A stretch of DNA of 63,979 nt, counting the filler, from Reticulomyxa filosa (lineage: Eukaryota; Protista; Foraminifera), in assembly GCA_000512085.1 (NCBI GenBank). It is 23 parts of 23 records of this genome, joined end to end, with 100 filler letters (N's around TTAATTAATTAA, not from the genome) between each part and the next. Parts side by side here need not be neighbours in the genome. Positions count along the whole stretch, not along the records: positions 62,955 to 63,979 come from ASPP01028100.1; 22 more parts are not named here. One strand, written 5' to 3'. A model generated the notes under the pieces. It was not told the origin of the DNA. It saw only the letters and a list, made by a program, of their open reading frames with translations, and did not search any database. Below, in pieces: positions 63,914 to 63,979 of the stretch. Position 1 is the first letter of the stretch. Every line of letters starts with the position of its first letter. Position numbers and translations under genes: made by a program.

Positions 63914-63979
63914 TATCATATTTTCAATTCAAATTGTTGGGTTTGGTTGTTTGATCAATCGAAACAACACAAACACTCG

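Noticed and set aside
1-63979. rRNA, tRNA or CRISPR arrays
   Set aside because: None recognised by eye. A covariance-model scan would be needed to exclude small RNAs.

Overview
This window is not one locus. It is 23 short, unlinked contigs joined by 22 artificial 100-bp spacers (N44-TTAATTAATTAA-N44), so adjacency across spacers means nothing. Twenty-one contigs are AT-rich, intron-containing protist DNA. The expanded WD40, RING/TRAF-like, TPR and HEAT/ankyrin families and the intron style resemble the foraminiferan Reticulomyxa filosa (my inference, not verified). Two contigs (5836-7283, 29709-31207) are GC-rich bacterial DNA: moeB, tlpA, thioesterase; pirin, hchA, RlmN-like. Recognisable eukaryotic genes: a G-alpha subunit, Oxa1/YidC, a PWWP protein, CDC50, a kinesin, a PNUTS-like protein, a RING+MBT-like protein, OSCA/TMEM63, a USP-like protein, TMEM135-like, WD40, a Rab, CCDC61 and a DH-PH RhoGEF. 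There is also a complete but dead Tc1 (DD34E) transposon with long TIRs and TA duplication, and several pseudogenes (CAX, WD40, HEAT/ankyrin). Single-base homopolymer indels break many reading frames and are probably sequencing errors. Most interesting signals: (i) introns whose 3' ends carry A/purine tracts instead of a polypyrimidine tract, often opposite U-rich 5' halves; (ii) apparent pseudo-enzymes (G-alpha lacking both catalytic residues, USP lacking its catalytic His, Rab with Q-to-E); (iii) an unexplained fold-back element at 14297-14411. I found no convincing new multi-gene system. Exon boundaries were read by eye and are approximate.
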